From contig JBBAFB010000001.1 of the NCBI GenBank assembly GCA_041655595.1, positions 2,168-66,167 of the forward strand: a DNA stretch of 64,000 bases, in the 5' to 3' direction. Under the pieces are notes generated by a model, which ran no database searches, was not told the DNA's origin, and was given only the letters and a program-made list of their open reading frames with translations. This document shows positions 37,835-46,265 of this stretch, in pieces (positions within the stretch are counted from its first letter, which is position 1; the number at the start of each line of letters is the position of its first letter). The DNA comes from Bacillota bacterium. GTDB taxonomy: Bacteria > Bacillota > DULZ01. A program made the translations under genes and the position numbers.

Positions 37835-38326
37835 CTATTTTCTTGGAGCAAACGCTATCGTTATTTCCCTAGTTTCATTATTTAGAACAATATAATCCCT
37901 GTTGATCTCTGTTAACTCCCATGTGTCAGCTATCTTATCGCCTATCGCCAAAATATAACTGACTTGTTGCGCTTTTATAATTGCCAAATCCTGTTCACCC
38001 TTAATCACTCCTAAAAGCTCAATAGGTGCACTAAAAGGATCAACAACTGCCTCTAAATAATCTTGGGAGGGAGTCAATTGCCCGCCTTCCTGCCTTTCTA
38101 GCTGAGGGAGAATTTGGGCAAGTTCATCTTGCAGTTGCTGCTCCGTTAAACCTGGAATACCGGGTATGACAGGTGTTTGGGTTGAGCCTTGCAAAAAAAA
38201 CCTAATACCGAAAGCAACTAAAATAAGGGTTAATAAAACTCCTATTAAAATATACAACCTAAGTTTTCCCTTTCCCGCCTCTTCCTTTGAAAAACCAGGC
38301 TGGGACCAATTAAATGGTAGTTTCAT
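37835..38326 (-). CDS. PilP/GspC-HR-like single-TM protein
   Basis: 163 aa from the ATG at 38326 (GGAG RBS). The ORF-track start at 38383 is a TTG inside a terminator. TM LYILIGVLLTLILVAFGI, Pro/Gln-rich linker, C-terminal beta-domain DPFSAPIELLGVIKGEQ...YILAIGDKIADTWELTEINRDYIVL with PilP-like pattern. Confidence 0.5.
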   Translation of the reverse strand: MKLPFNWSQPGFSKEEAGKGKLRLYILIGVLLTLILVAFGIRFFLQGSTQTPVIPGIPGLTEQQLQDELAQILPQLERQEGGQLTPSQDYLEAVVDPFSAPIELLGVIKGEQDLAIIKAQQVSYILAIGDKIADTWELTEINRDYIVLNNETREITIAFAPRK

Positions 38327-38370
38327 TTTCGGCTCCGCCAATCTTTTACCCCCTTTAATTGATAATTTGC

Positions 38371-38406
38371 AATAAAAAACCAAGCTGATTTAGCCTGGTA
38401 GCTTGG
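38371..38406 (-). terminator. Rho-independent terminator downstream of pilT
   Basis: Minus-strand hairpin CCAAGCT-(13 nt)-AGCTTGG followed by TTTTTTATT. Confidence 0.5.
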
Positions 38407-38613
38407 CGATCCTAGCCCCTACGGCGGGACTTTAGACCCATAGCTTTGCAGTCATCATCTTTCAATGACTTTGCCTTTAACTGCTAAAATTCTTATATCT
38501 TGCATGATATCTAAATCATAGCAATACCTATGTGCTGTCCTATTTTTCTCTTAACTTTAAATTTCGACAGAAAGAGTCCATTCCCTGCAAATATTATTAA
38601 TATTTATTAATTA

Positions 38614-39708
38614 TTATTCCCAATAGCTTGAAGAAGCAAAGGAAGCTCTTTGCATTAATCTATCGAGTTCCACCTTATCCACGGAATGTTCAAGCGCCGT
38701 TTCTCCGGAAATTTTTCCCGAACTGTAAAGTTCGGCTAAAGCTTGATCCATAGTATGCATGCCGCTGCTTTTCGACGTTTGCATGGTATTATAAAGTTGA
38801 TGTTCTTTTCCCTCTCTGATTAAATTTCTAACAGCAGGGGAATCCAGTAAAATCTCCGTCGCCAAAACCCTGCCCGCCCCGTCCTGAGTGGGTAACAATT
38901 GTTGGGAAACCACTGCCTTTAAAGTGTTGGATAACTGCTGCCGCACTTGTTCTCTGCTCTGATCTTGAAAAACATCAATAATGCGGCTGATAGTTAAGGG
39001 GGCTGTTTGTGTATGTAAGGTCGAAAATACCAAGTGACCGGTTTCTGCCGCCGTTAATGCAATAGAGATACTATCCAAATCCCTCATTTCTCCGATGAGA
39101 ATCACATCGGGGTCGTGTCGAAGAACATGGCGCAAAGCATGTGCAAAGGAATGGGTGTCTATACCTACCTCTCTTTGTTTGACGATGGATTTTTGATGTT
39201 TATGCAAAAATTCAATAGGATCTTCTATGGTAACGATGTTTACATGCCTTTCTCTGTTAATTAAATCAACCATTGCAGCTAAGGTAGTAGATTTACCGCT
39301 GCCCGTAGGTCCGGTGATCAAGACTAAACCCCTTGGCAAATAGCACAATTCTTTAATTTGGGCAGGAAGTCCTAATTGATCTATATCAGGAATTTTAAAA
39401 GGCACAATCCTAAAAACAGCCGCTAAACTACCCCTTTGTCTCATGATATTGCCCCTAAACCGTGCAACCCCGGGTAAGGCATAGGATACATCTAATTCTA
39501 ATTTTTCATTAAACTGCTGAAAATCATTTAACAGTGGGGATAAAAATTCTTCCATGCCTTGAGGAGTAAAGGGTGGCGAATCTAAGGCAATCAGCCTACC
39601 TTGCACCCGGATCATCGGAGGAATACCTACGGCAACATGTAGGTCTGAGGCCTGCAGATGGGTAGCCTGTTGTAGCAAAAAATCCAAACTGGGCACAAAA
39701 TCAGACAT
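38614..39708 (-). CDS. pilT: Twitching-motility retraction ATPase PilT
   Basis: 364 aa. Walker A GPTGSGKSTTL, AIRNLIRE-like C-terminal PilT motif (AVRNLIREGK), no N-terminal extension. Confidence 0.85.
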   Translation of the reverse strand: MSDFVPSLDFLLQQATHLQASDLHVAVGIPPMIRVQGRLIALDSPPFTPQGMEEFLSPLLNDFQQFNEKLELDVSYALPGVARFRGNIMRQRGSLAAVFRIVPFKIPDIDQLGLPAQIKELCYLPRGLVLITGPTGSGKSTTLAAMVDLINRERHVNIVTIEDPIEFLHKHQKSIVKQREVGIDTHSFAHALRHVLRHDPDVILIGEMRDLDSISIALTAAETGHLVFSTLHTQTAPLTISRIIDVFQDQSREQVRQQLSNTLKAVVSQQLLPTQDGAGRVLATEILLDSPAVRNLIREGKEHQLYNTMQTSKSSGMHTMDQALAELYSSGKISGETALEHSVDKVELDRLMQRASFASSSYWE

Positions 39709-39889
39709 CTTTCCACTCCCTAGTTAAAACAATTTTTTCTCTATTACAAATATAGCATAAAATAAGGAAATGGGGAAGATATTGTTGAAAAAGCTGAAGG
39801 CTGAAAGCGAAAGGTTAAAAACCAGTTAAGAGGAGGATAGAGGTTTTTGTAGCCTTTATCTTGGTTTGGGGTTGGTGGGTTTTTAGCAG

Positions 39890-39945
39890 GTAGAAAGTAG
39901 AAGGTAGAAAGTAGAAAGTAGAAGGTAGAAGGTAGAAAGTAGAAA
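39890..39945. repeat. Tandem heptanucleotide repeat (GTAGAAR)x8 in the pilA-pilT intergenic region
   Basis: Eight perfect head-to-tail copies: GTAGAAA GTAGAAG GTAGAAA GTAGAAA GTAGAAG GTAGAAG GTAGAAA GTAGAAA. The last copy merges with the pilA terminator U-tract. A G/T-rich tract GGTTTGGGGTTGGTGGGTTTTT precedes it at 39862-39883. Confidence 0.9.
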
Positions 39946-39972
39946 AAACCGGTTGGAAGGGACCAACCGGTT
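39940..39972 (-). terminator. Strong rho-independent terminator of the major pilin gene
   Basis: Perfect 10-bp stem AACCGGTTGG / CCAACCGGTT with 6-nt loop, followed on the minus strand by TTTTTTCT. Confidence 0.75.
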
Positions 39973-40061
39973 ATAGCACCTTTTTAAAATTACCAAAGAC
40001 AATGAGCCATCTCATTATGTTATTTCGTCAAACAGGGAACCGTCCCCCTGTTTTCCCTCGC

Positions 40062-40424
40062 CTAGGCTTCCGGTTCGCCTAATGTTACTTTGTAATTATC
40101 ACCATCCTTGGTAATAACATACTCTCTTTCATCATCAGATCCATATGGGTTTTTAGGTTCCTCCATTAAATATTTTGGTACTAAACCATAAAAATCGGTA
40201 CCTTTTCCAGGAAGGGTCCCTTCTGTAGCTTCATATAGAGAGATTGCACCTTTTATGGTTCTGATATTGGCATCGTTTGCGACATTTGCTGCTTTTTCGG
40301 TTGCGTTATTGTAGACCGGGATAGCTATTGCTACCAGGACACCTATAATACCTACTACTACCATTAGTTCAACCAAAGTAAAACCTTTTTTGTTTTTCAG
40401 TTGTCTTTGGATGTAAGAAATCAT
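40062..40424 (-). CDS. pilA: Major type IV pilin (PilA-like, class III signal peptide)
   Basis: 120 aa. MISYIQRQLKNKKG/FTLVELMVVVGIIGVLVAIAIP has a consensus prepilin peptidase site (G-F-T-L-x-E). Strong RBS AAGGGAGGA. Followed by its own strong terminator. Confidence 0.85.
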   Translation of the reverse strand: MISYIQRQLKNKKGFTLVELMVVVGIIGVLVAIAIPVYNNATEKAANVANDANIRTIKGAISLYEATEGTLPGKGTDFYGLVPKYLMEEPKNPYGSDDEREYVITKDGDNYKVTLGEPEA

Positions 40425-40508
40425 TTTTATTCCTCCCTTTTAGTTGTTTGAAATCCTCTATTTAATGTTATGGTATAAAGGGAAAGGTTTTAGACATTTT
40501 TCGTAGAA

Positions 40509-41252
40509 TTATTTTAAAAAATTTAAATAAAAACCAATAATTTGGTGTCCCCATAAAGAAGAAAGGGTTATGCCCAAGGCTAAAAAGGGGCCAAAGGGGA
40601 TGGGAGTTTTTTTAGTTTTTCGTCCTGTCGCTAACAAAACGGCCCCGACTAGGCCACCTGTTACAAAGGCTATAAATAGTGCCAATAGGGTGCCCAACTG
40701 ACCCAGAGAAAAACCGGCCGCAAACATGAGTTTTATATCCCCACCGCCCATACCCCCTTTACTTAAGATGGCTATTGCCAATAATAAACCACCGCCGATA
40801 ACAGCCCCCAAAACCGCCTGCCACCAAGTTTGCTCGGGCAAGAAAATTTGCCATAGAATGGACCAGCCCAAAAGGCTGATCACCAGGGAATCCGGAATAA
40901 GCTGCAGCTCTAAATCAATCATCGTAATCACAATTAAAAGGCTTAAGATAATTAAATATTTAATTAACAAAAACCGAAAGTCTACAGTTAAAAAGGCAAT
41001 TAAAAAAACAAAGCCGGTCAAGAGTTCCACCAAGGGGTAACGAAGTCGGATAAGTTCATTACAATAGCGGCATTTGCCCCTTAACAATAAAAAACTCAAA
41101 ACAGGAATTAAATCCAAAGGTTCCAGGCCGGTATGGCAATGGGGACAATGGGAAGTGCCGGAAACAATATTTTTATTTTTAGGAATACGAAAAATACAAA
41201 CATTTAAAAAAGAACCGATCACCAATCCGAGGATAAAAATTAGTATTGCCAA
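40509..41252 (-). CDS. pilD: Prepilin peptidase (A24 family) PilD
   Basis: 247 aa. CPHCHTGLEPLDLIPVLSFLLLRGKCRYC zinc-binding tetracysteine N-domain and a polytopic peptidase domain with catalytic Asp residues. Confidence 0.85.
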   Translation of the reverse strand: MAILIFILGLVIGSFLNVCIFRIPKNKNIVSGTSHCPHCHTGLEPLDLIPVLSFLLLRGKCRYCNELIRLRYPLVELLTGFVFLIAFLTVDFRFLLIKYLIILSLLIVITMIDLELQLIPDSLVISLLGWSILWQIFLPEQTWWQAVLGAVIGGGLLLAIAILSKGGMGGGDIKLMFAAGFSLGQLGTLLALFIAFVTGGLVGAVLLATGRKTKKTPIPFGPFLALGITLSSLWGHQIIGFYLNFLK

Positions 41253-41272
41253 CTAGTACCACCTGCCAAGTT

Positions 41273-42952
41273 TCAAAGATCATTGCTGTAAGCCACTCTC
41301 ATCACTTCCTTGATCGTGGTTAAGCCCCTAAAGGCTTTTTCGATACCGTCTTCCTGTAAAGTAAGCATACCACTTGCCAGCGCAATAGTCTTTAACTCAC
41401 TTCTAGACATTCTTTGCAAAATGCCTTGCCTGATATCGTTATTTACAGGCAATATTTCCGAGATAGCTATCCTCCCCTTATAACCGGTGTAATCACAATG
41501 ACTGCAGCCTTTACCTCGCACCGCCTGTCCTAGGGGATAACCCATTTCTGCAATAAAAATTGCTTCCTCGGAAAATTTCTCCGGGCCGTAGCTTTCCTGA
41601 CAATGGGGACAAATCCTTCTAACTAGGCGCTGGGCCACTACCGCCTTTGTAGCGGAGGCGACTAAATAAGGTTCACTTCCCATGTCCAACAAACGGGTAA
41701 TGGCACTTGAAGCATCGGCAGTATGTAAGGTACTGAAGACCAAATGGCCTGTGATTGCCGCCCGGATAGCAACCCCCGCTGTCTCCTGATCCCTGATTTC
41801 CCCCACCATAATCACATCGGGGTCCTGACGTAGTATTGAACGCAATCCGGTAGCAAAACTTAGTTCCGGCTTAGAACTCACATTTATTTGATTAACACCC
41901 GTTAAAACATACTCCACAGGGTCCTCTATAGTCATAATATTTAAGTCGGCAGAGTTCAGATAATGCAAGCTGGAATAAAGGGTTGCAGACTTACCGCTAC
42001 CGGTAGGCCCCACTACTAAAATCATTCCTTCGGTATTTTTTAAAAGCCGTTTATATTGCTGCAAATTTTTAGGGGAAAAACCTAGTTTTTCTAAAGCTAT
42101 TAAGGATTCCACTTGTTCCAAAATCCTTGCCACTAACTTCTCCCCTAGTACAGTGGGCGAGATTGAAAGGCGCAGATTAACAAAACGATCCTTAATTTTT
42201 AAACTCATTCTGCCATCCCGGGGCAATCTTTTTTCCGTAATGTCCATTCCGGCCATGATTTTAATCCTGGAAATTAAAGGGGGCAAATATTCCAAGCCCA
42301 GTTCCATTACCCCCCTTAAAATACCATCCACCCTATACCTAATTCTTACCCTATTAGTTAAAGGTTCAATATGTATGTCACTGGCGCCCAAGCTGACACC
42401 TTGACGGATAATAGTATTCACCAAACGAATTAACTGATTTTCATCTACCGAGCTTTCAGCTATTTCCCAGGGTTTTTCCGCCGGTATTCTTTCTCCGGCG
42501 GTTTTATAAGTAAACTCAGTTTCCAACTCTCGAAAGCCGTAATACTTTTCAATATAGGCCGCAATTTCTTGCTCGCCGGCTATGGCAGTTAAGACATTTA
42601 AACCTGTTGCTTCGCTAATTTCATCAACAGCTAAAATATTTAATGGATCGGCCAAAGCAATTTCTAGCGTCTGATTTCCATAATGAAGGGGAAAGGCTTG
42701 ATATTTTACTGCCAAAGCGGCAGGCAAATGTTGGAGGGCCTGATTATCACCCTTTAACTTGTCAAAATCCGCCAAAGGTATTTTCAATTGCTCCGATAGG
42801 GCCTTAGTTAAATCCTTTTCCGCCAACAAACCCTTTTTGAACAAAATTTTACCCAACCTCTCCCCCGATGCTTGTTGATCATTTAAGGCCTCTGTCAAAT
42901 CTTCTTCCTTCAACAAATTAGTGGCAATCAGGATTTCACCCAAAAGTTTCAT
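41273..42952 (-). CDS. pilB: Type IV pilus assembly ATPase PilB/GspE (module 1)
   Basis: 559 aa. T2SE_Nter domain, Walker A GPTGSGKSATL, CPHC...CSHC zinc motif. Confidence 0.85.
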   Translation of the reverse strand: MKLLGEILIATNLLKEEDLTEALNDQQASGERLGKILFKKGLLAEKDLTKALSEQLKIPLADFDKLKGDNQALQHLPAALAVKYQAFPLHYGNQTLEIALADPLNILAVDEISEATGLNVLTAIAGEQEIAAYIEKYYGFRELETEFTYKTAGERIPAEKPWEIAESSVDENQLIRLVNTIIRQGVSLGASDIHIEPLTNRVRIRYRVDGILRGVMELGLEYLPPLISRIKIMAGMDITEKRLPRDGRMSLKIKDRFVNLRLSISPTVLGEKLVARILEQVESLIALEKLGFSPKNLQQYKRLLKNTEGMILVVGPTGSGKSATLYSSLHYLNSADLNIMTIEDPVEYVLTGVNQINVSSKPELSFATGLRSILRQDPDVIMVGEIRDQETAGVAIRAAITGHLVFSTLHTADASSAITRLLDMGSEPYLVASATKAVVAQRLVRRICPHCQESYGPEKFSEEAIFIAEMGYPLGQAVRGKGCSHCDYTGYKGRIAISEILPVNNDIRQGILQRMSRSELKTIALASGMLTLQEDGIEKAFRGLTTIKEVMRVAYSNDL

Positions 42953-43039
42953 GTTTTACCCCCCGACCTTTTATTAATTCTGCTTCACGAACCGAGGGGA
43001 ATTTGATAAAATAGATATTTTTGCTACCAAAGATCCGCC

Positions 43040-43552
43040 CTAGCGCTCGGGTTGACATAATTGATTTTTGTCAACAGTCCCCATTTTGTCCGATTCCTGA
43101 TTCCCCTGCAACTTAGTTTTAATAAATTCAAAAATATTTTTATTTTGTTCCTCGTAAAGCCTTATTTCTATTATCTTTTTTAATTCAGTTAAATGGTAGA
43201 CCTCATTTGCCAGCCTCTTGCTTTCCTCTTTTGCCTGCTGCAGTTCCTCCATAATAGCAGAAAACATTTGAAAAACCGTGGTTTTTAAGTTATGTTCCAC
43301 TCCCATAGCACAACTTAAGGTCCTATCCAGTTCCAAGCGTCTTTTGGCTCCCTTGGTAGTATATTGCTCTGTGTGCAAGAGTTCTTTAATTTGACTGAAA
43401 ATCTCCAACTGGTTTTCATCAAAACCTTCCGGCTTAGCCTCTAAGTTTCCATTCCATAAAAAATTACTAAACTCTCTCTCCCAATTGCGAATTGTTTTAA
43501 TATCCACTCGCAAAATTCTGCTAACTTGCTGCGGGCTTAACCTCTCCCTCAT
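43040..43552 (-). CDS. MerR-like HTH DNA-binding protein with coiled-coil C-terminus (putative pilus-operon regulator)
   Basis: 170 aa. N-term LSPQQVSRILRVDIKTIRNWERE resembles the MerR/excisionase-type HTH. First gene of the minus-strand pilus transcription unit. Confidence 0.45.
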   Translation of the reverse strand: MRERLSPQQVSRILRVDIKTIRNWEREFSNFLWNGNLEAKPEGFDENQLEIFSQIKELLHTEQYTTKGAKRRLELDRTLSCAMGVEHNLKTTVFQMFSAIMEELQQAKEESKRLANEVYHLTELKKIIEIRLYEEQNKNIFEFIKTKLQGNQESDKMGTVDKNQLCQPER

Positions 43553-43684
43553 AATTTCCCCTCCATTATTTCCTTTTATTTACTATTATTAGGGAGGGCC
43601 TCTTAATTTCCTGCCTGATTCAAAATTTTTTCTTCCACTGGCCGCTAAAAACAGGCCGCAAACTTTCTTAGTAGCAGCTTAAGT

Positions 43685-44191
43685 CTAGTTCGAGTGTTCG
43701 TATTTTGTAACCTTTTTTAAAACTAACTTTTCTAATTGTCTCATAAAACGAGTGCCTATAAATTCGTTTCTATCAAGAGGCATTACCAAGATTGTTAAAA
43801 GTCTTGATCTGTTCCCGCCTAAAACATCAGTAAAAATTTGGTCTCCGATGACTGCAGTTTCAGCAGCTTCAGTATTTAAAACTTCCATCCCTTTAAAAAA
43901 GGCCTTGCGAAACGGTTTGCCCGCACTGGGCACAAAGGGTATCTTTAGCTGCTCCGCAACTTTTGAAACCCTTTCATGGTTATTATTGGAAACAAGACAG
44001 GGCTTAAACTCAAACTTTTTTAACTCCTTAAACCAAGCAAAAATATCCTGATTAAGATTATTGCTGTTCCAATGGGTAATCGTGTTATCCAAATCAATGA
44101 TTAAACCTTTAATACCCCTATCCCTTAATTTTGCCAAGGGTACATCCTTTAGCTGGTCCACATAGTAGGCGGGCATAAGACTTTTAAACAT
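43685..44191 (-). CDS. HAD-superfamily phosphatase, YqeG subfamily (IIIA)
   Basis: 168 aa. GLIIDLDNTI (DxDxT motif I), VSNN (motif II), K...GDQIFTD (motif III/IV). Confidence 0.7.
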   Translation of the reverse strand: MFKSLMPAYYVDQLKDVPLAKLRDRGIKGLIIDLDNTITHWNSNNLNQDIFAWFKELKKFEFKPCLVSNNNHERVSKVAEQLKIPFVPSAGKPFRKAFFKGMEVLNTEAAETAVIGDQIFTDVLGGNRSRLLTILVMPLDRNEFIGTRFMRQLEKLVLKKVTKYEHSN

Positions 44192-44348
44192 GGCAGTTCT
44201 CCTTCTTTTCCATCATCATAAGCATTATAGCAAAGGAGATGCTTTTAATAAAGCCGCACAGACCCTTTTGCCGAAAATTCACTGGTACTAGCAATAGTTT
44301 TGATTCCACTCATATATATTAAAGTAATAAACAAAGGGGGTTTACAAG

Positions 44349-45059
44349 TTGCTGAATTATCTCCTTTTGGGAGCATTGGCTTTATCAATTATAAAAGGCA
44401 TCTCCATGCTGGTTTCCTATATAGGAAATAACGCCTTTCCCCACCCTCTTTCAGAGGAGGAAGAAACAAAATACCTGACCTATCTGCAAGAGGGAGATAC
44501 AGATGCCCGTAATATATTAATAGAACACAATCTACGCTTGGTGGTGCACATTACCAAAAAGTTTGAAGGCACAGGTGAGGATAATGAGGACCTGATTTCC
44601 ATCGGTACCCTGGGATTGATCAAAGCAATTGACACCTTTAAGCCGGACAAAGGTACAAGGTTAGCTACTTATGCCGCCCGTTGCATTGAAAATGAAATTT
44701 TAATGCACTTAAGATATTTAAAAAAAAGTAAAGGTGAGGTATCAATTCACGATCCTATTGGCATAGATAGGGAAGGTAATGAAATTAGTTTAATAGATGT
44801 ATTGGGAACGGATCAAGATATTGTGGCGGATACAGTTGAATCTTTGTACGAACAAGAAAGGGTTTTAAATAAGCTGAATTCTTTAACCGCTAGGGAGAAA
44901 AAGGTAGTGATCTTGAGGTATGGTTTATTTAATAACTTCCGCAAAACCCAAAGGGAGATAGCAAAAAAACTGGGTATCTCCAGGTCGTATGTTTCAAGAA
45001 TTGAAAAAAAGGCTTTGGAAAAATTAATTAAAGAGATCACCGGAGAAAACCACAAATAA
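44349..45059 (+). CDS. sigK: Sporulation sigma factor pro-sigma-K (uninterrupted)
   Basis: 236 aa from a TTG start. [23 protein letters not shown]...[45 protein letters not shown] is near-identical in pattern to B. subtilis SigK including the pro-sequence. C-terminal [15 protein letters not shown] region 4. Confidence 0.88.
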   Translation: MLNYLLLGALALSIIKGISMLVSYIGNNAFPHPLSEEEETKYLTYLQEGDTDARNILIEHNLRLVVHITKKFEGTGEDNEDLISIGTLGLIKAIDTFKPDKGTRLATYAARCIENEILMHLRYLKKSKGEVSIHDPIGIDREGNEISLIDVLGTDQDIVADTVESLYEQERVLNKLNSLTAREKKVVILRYGLFNNFRKTQREIAKKLGISRSYVSRIEKKALEKLIKEITGENHK

Positions 45060-45062
45060 ATT

Positions 45063-45761
45063 TTAAAAAATCAAATAAATTAAATAAACACCTAAAGCAA
45101 TAAGAATAATTGCACTAATATTAGTAATGATTTGGCTATATTTTTGAAAACTACCCAGGTTTTTAATGACCCCGGTAAAGGTGCCTGCCACCAGTAAGGG
45201 CAAGCCGTGACCCAAACCATAAAAGAAAAGGGATACACCCCCCAAAACCAGATCTCCTTGACTAGCTAAGTATGTTAAAATGACCGCTAAAACCGGGGTA
45301 GCACAAGGCGAAGCCACCAGCCCAAAAAACAAACCCATAAAAAAGCTGCCGAAAAGACCCCTACCCTTAACAGGCATGGTTTTTAAACCCGGAAAATTGA
45401 TAGTGAAAACTCCTAATAAATTTAACCCCATTAAAATAGCCACTACGGCCATGATAAGGTACCAATAGTTTCCGACCCTTCCGAATATTTGGTTTAAGGA
45501 AGCTGCAAGAATACCTAGGATGGCAAAAGTTACCCCCAACCCTACTACGAACGTTAGGGACATCCAAAAGCCCTTTAAACGGGAACTGCTGCTGTAACCA
45601 CCTACATAACCTACCATCACCGGCAACATGGACAGAATACAGGGGCTAAGACTGGTTACAACCCCTGCCGCGAAAATTATGGGTATGGCAAAGAATAAGT
45701 TGCCGGAGAGGGCTTGGGATGCCATCTGGGTAAAGGTTTCTATCAAGTTTGTTCCCTCCAA
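45063..45761 (-). CDS. ccdA: Cytochrome c-type biogenesis / thiol-disulfide transmembrane electron-transfer protein CcdA (DsbD core)
   Basis: 232 aa, 6 TM, conserved Cys in TM1 (SLSPCILSMLP) and TM4 (ASPCATPVL). Confidence 0.8.
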   Translation of the reverse strand: MEGTNLIETFTQMASQALSGNLFFAIPIIFAAGVVTSLSPCILSMLPVMVGYVGGYSSSSRLKGFWMSLTFVVGLGVTFAILGILAASLNQIFGRVGNYWYLIMAVVAILMGLNLLGVFTINFPGLKTMPVKGRGLFGSFFMGLFFGLVASPCATPVLAVILTYLASQGDLVLGGVSLFFYGLGHGLPLLVAGTFTGVIKNLGSFQKYSQIITNISAIILIALGVYLIYLIF

Positions 45762-45826
45762 AAATAAACATAGTCAACCCATGCTGACATGAGCTTTACC
45801 TTATAAATAAACCCCGCTGTCTGCCC

Positions 45827-46243
45827 CTATAACAATTCTATTAAAAGGCTTTCCAATTGATTTTTGGACATTACCCCTGAAAGCATCTGACCGCGCTGCT
45901 GCCCGTCGGCATCAACAAAAACATAGCTGGGAATATACATAACTTTTAATTGCGCCGCCAAATTATAGCCCTCATTATCGGTATCAGCTAAGATAAATTG
46001 AATTTCCGTGCCGTAGGCCTTTTGTAATTCCTCAATAATGGGTTTCATTTTAACGCAGGAAGGGCAGCGATCCGCATAAAACTCAATAAATATAGGCCTG
46101 CCTTCCGCTAAAGCTTGATCAATTTTTTCTTCCGGGTTAATCGTTGCTTCTATAACGGTATTTCTGGCTTTAAGAGCTGGTAAGCCAATGGCTACGACCA
46201 AGGCGAGGCCAATTATAATTGTGATTACTAAATTTTTTTTCAT
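45827..46243 (-). CDS. Membrane-anchored thioredoxin-fold thiol-disulfide oxidoreductase (ResA/TlpA-like)
   Basis: 138 aa. N-terminal TM anchor, Trx fold with CPSC active site (FYADRCPSCVKMKP). 65 nt upstream of ccdA. Confidence 0.75.
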   Translation of the reverse strand: MKKNLVITIIIGLALVVAIGLPALKARNTVIEATINPEEKIDQALAEGRPIFIEFYADRCPSCVKMKPIIEELQKAYGTEIQFILADTDNEGYNLAAQLKVMYIPSYVFVDADGQQRGQMLSGVMSKNQLESLLIELL

Positions 46244-46265
46244 CTAAATCTCCTTCCTTATCGGT

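Noticed and set aside
38421-38613. About 190-nt non-coding stretch downstream of pilT as a possible small RNA or peptide gene
   Set aside because: Only 8-16-codon ORFs without RBS. No convincing secondary structure beyond the terminator at its end. It is treated as a 3' UTR.
39890-39945. Heptad array as a possible CRISPR array
   Set aside because: Repeat unit is only 7 nt with no spacers, so it is a simple tandem repeat, not CRISPR. No cas genes are in the window.
44349-45059. Possibility that sigK is split by a skin-type prophage-like element
   Set aside because: The reading frame is continuous and colinear with B. subtilis SigK across the usual interruption point, and no recombinase gene is nearby.
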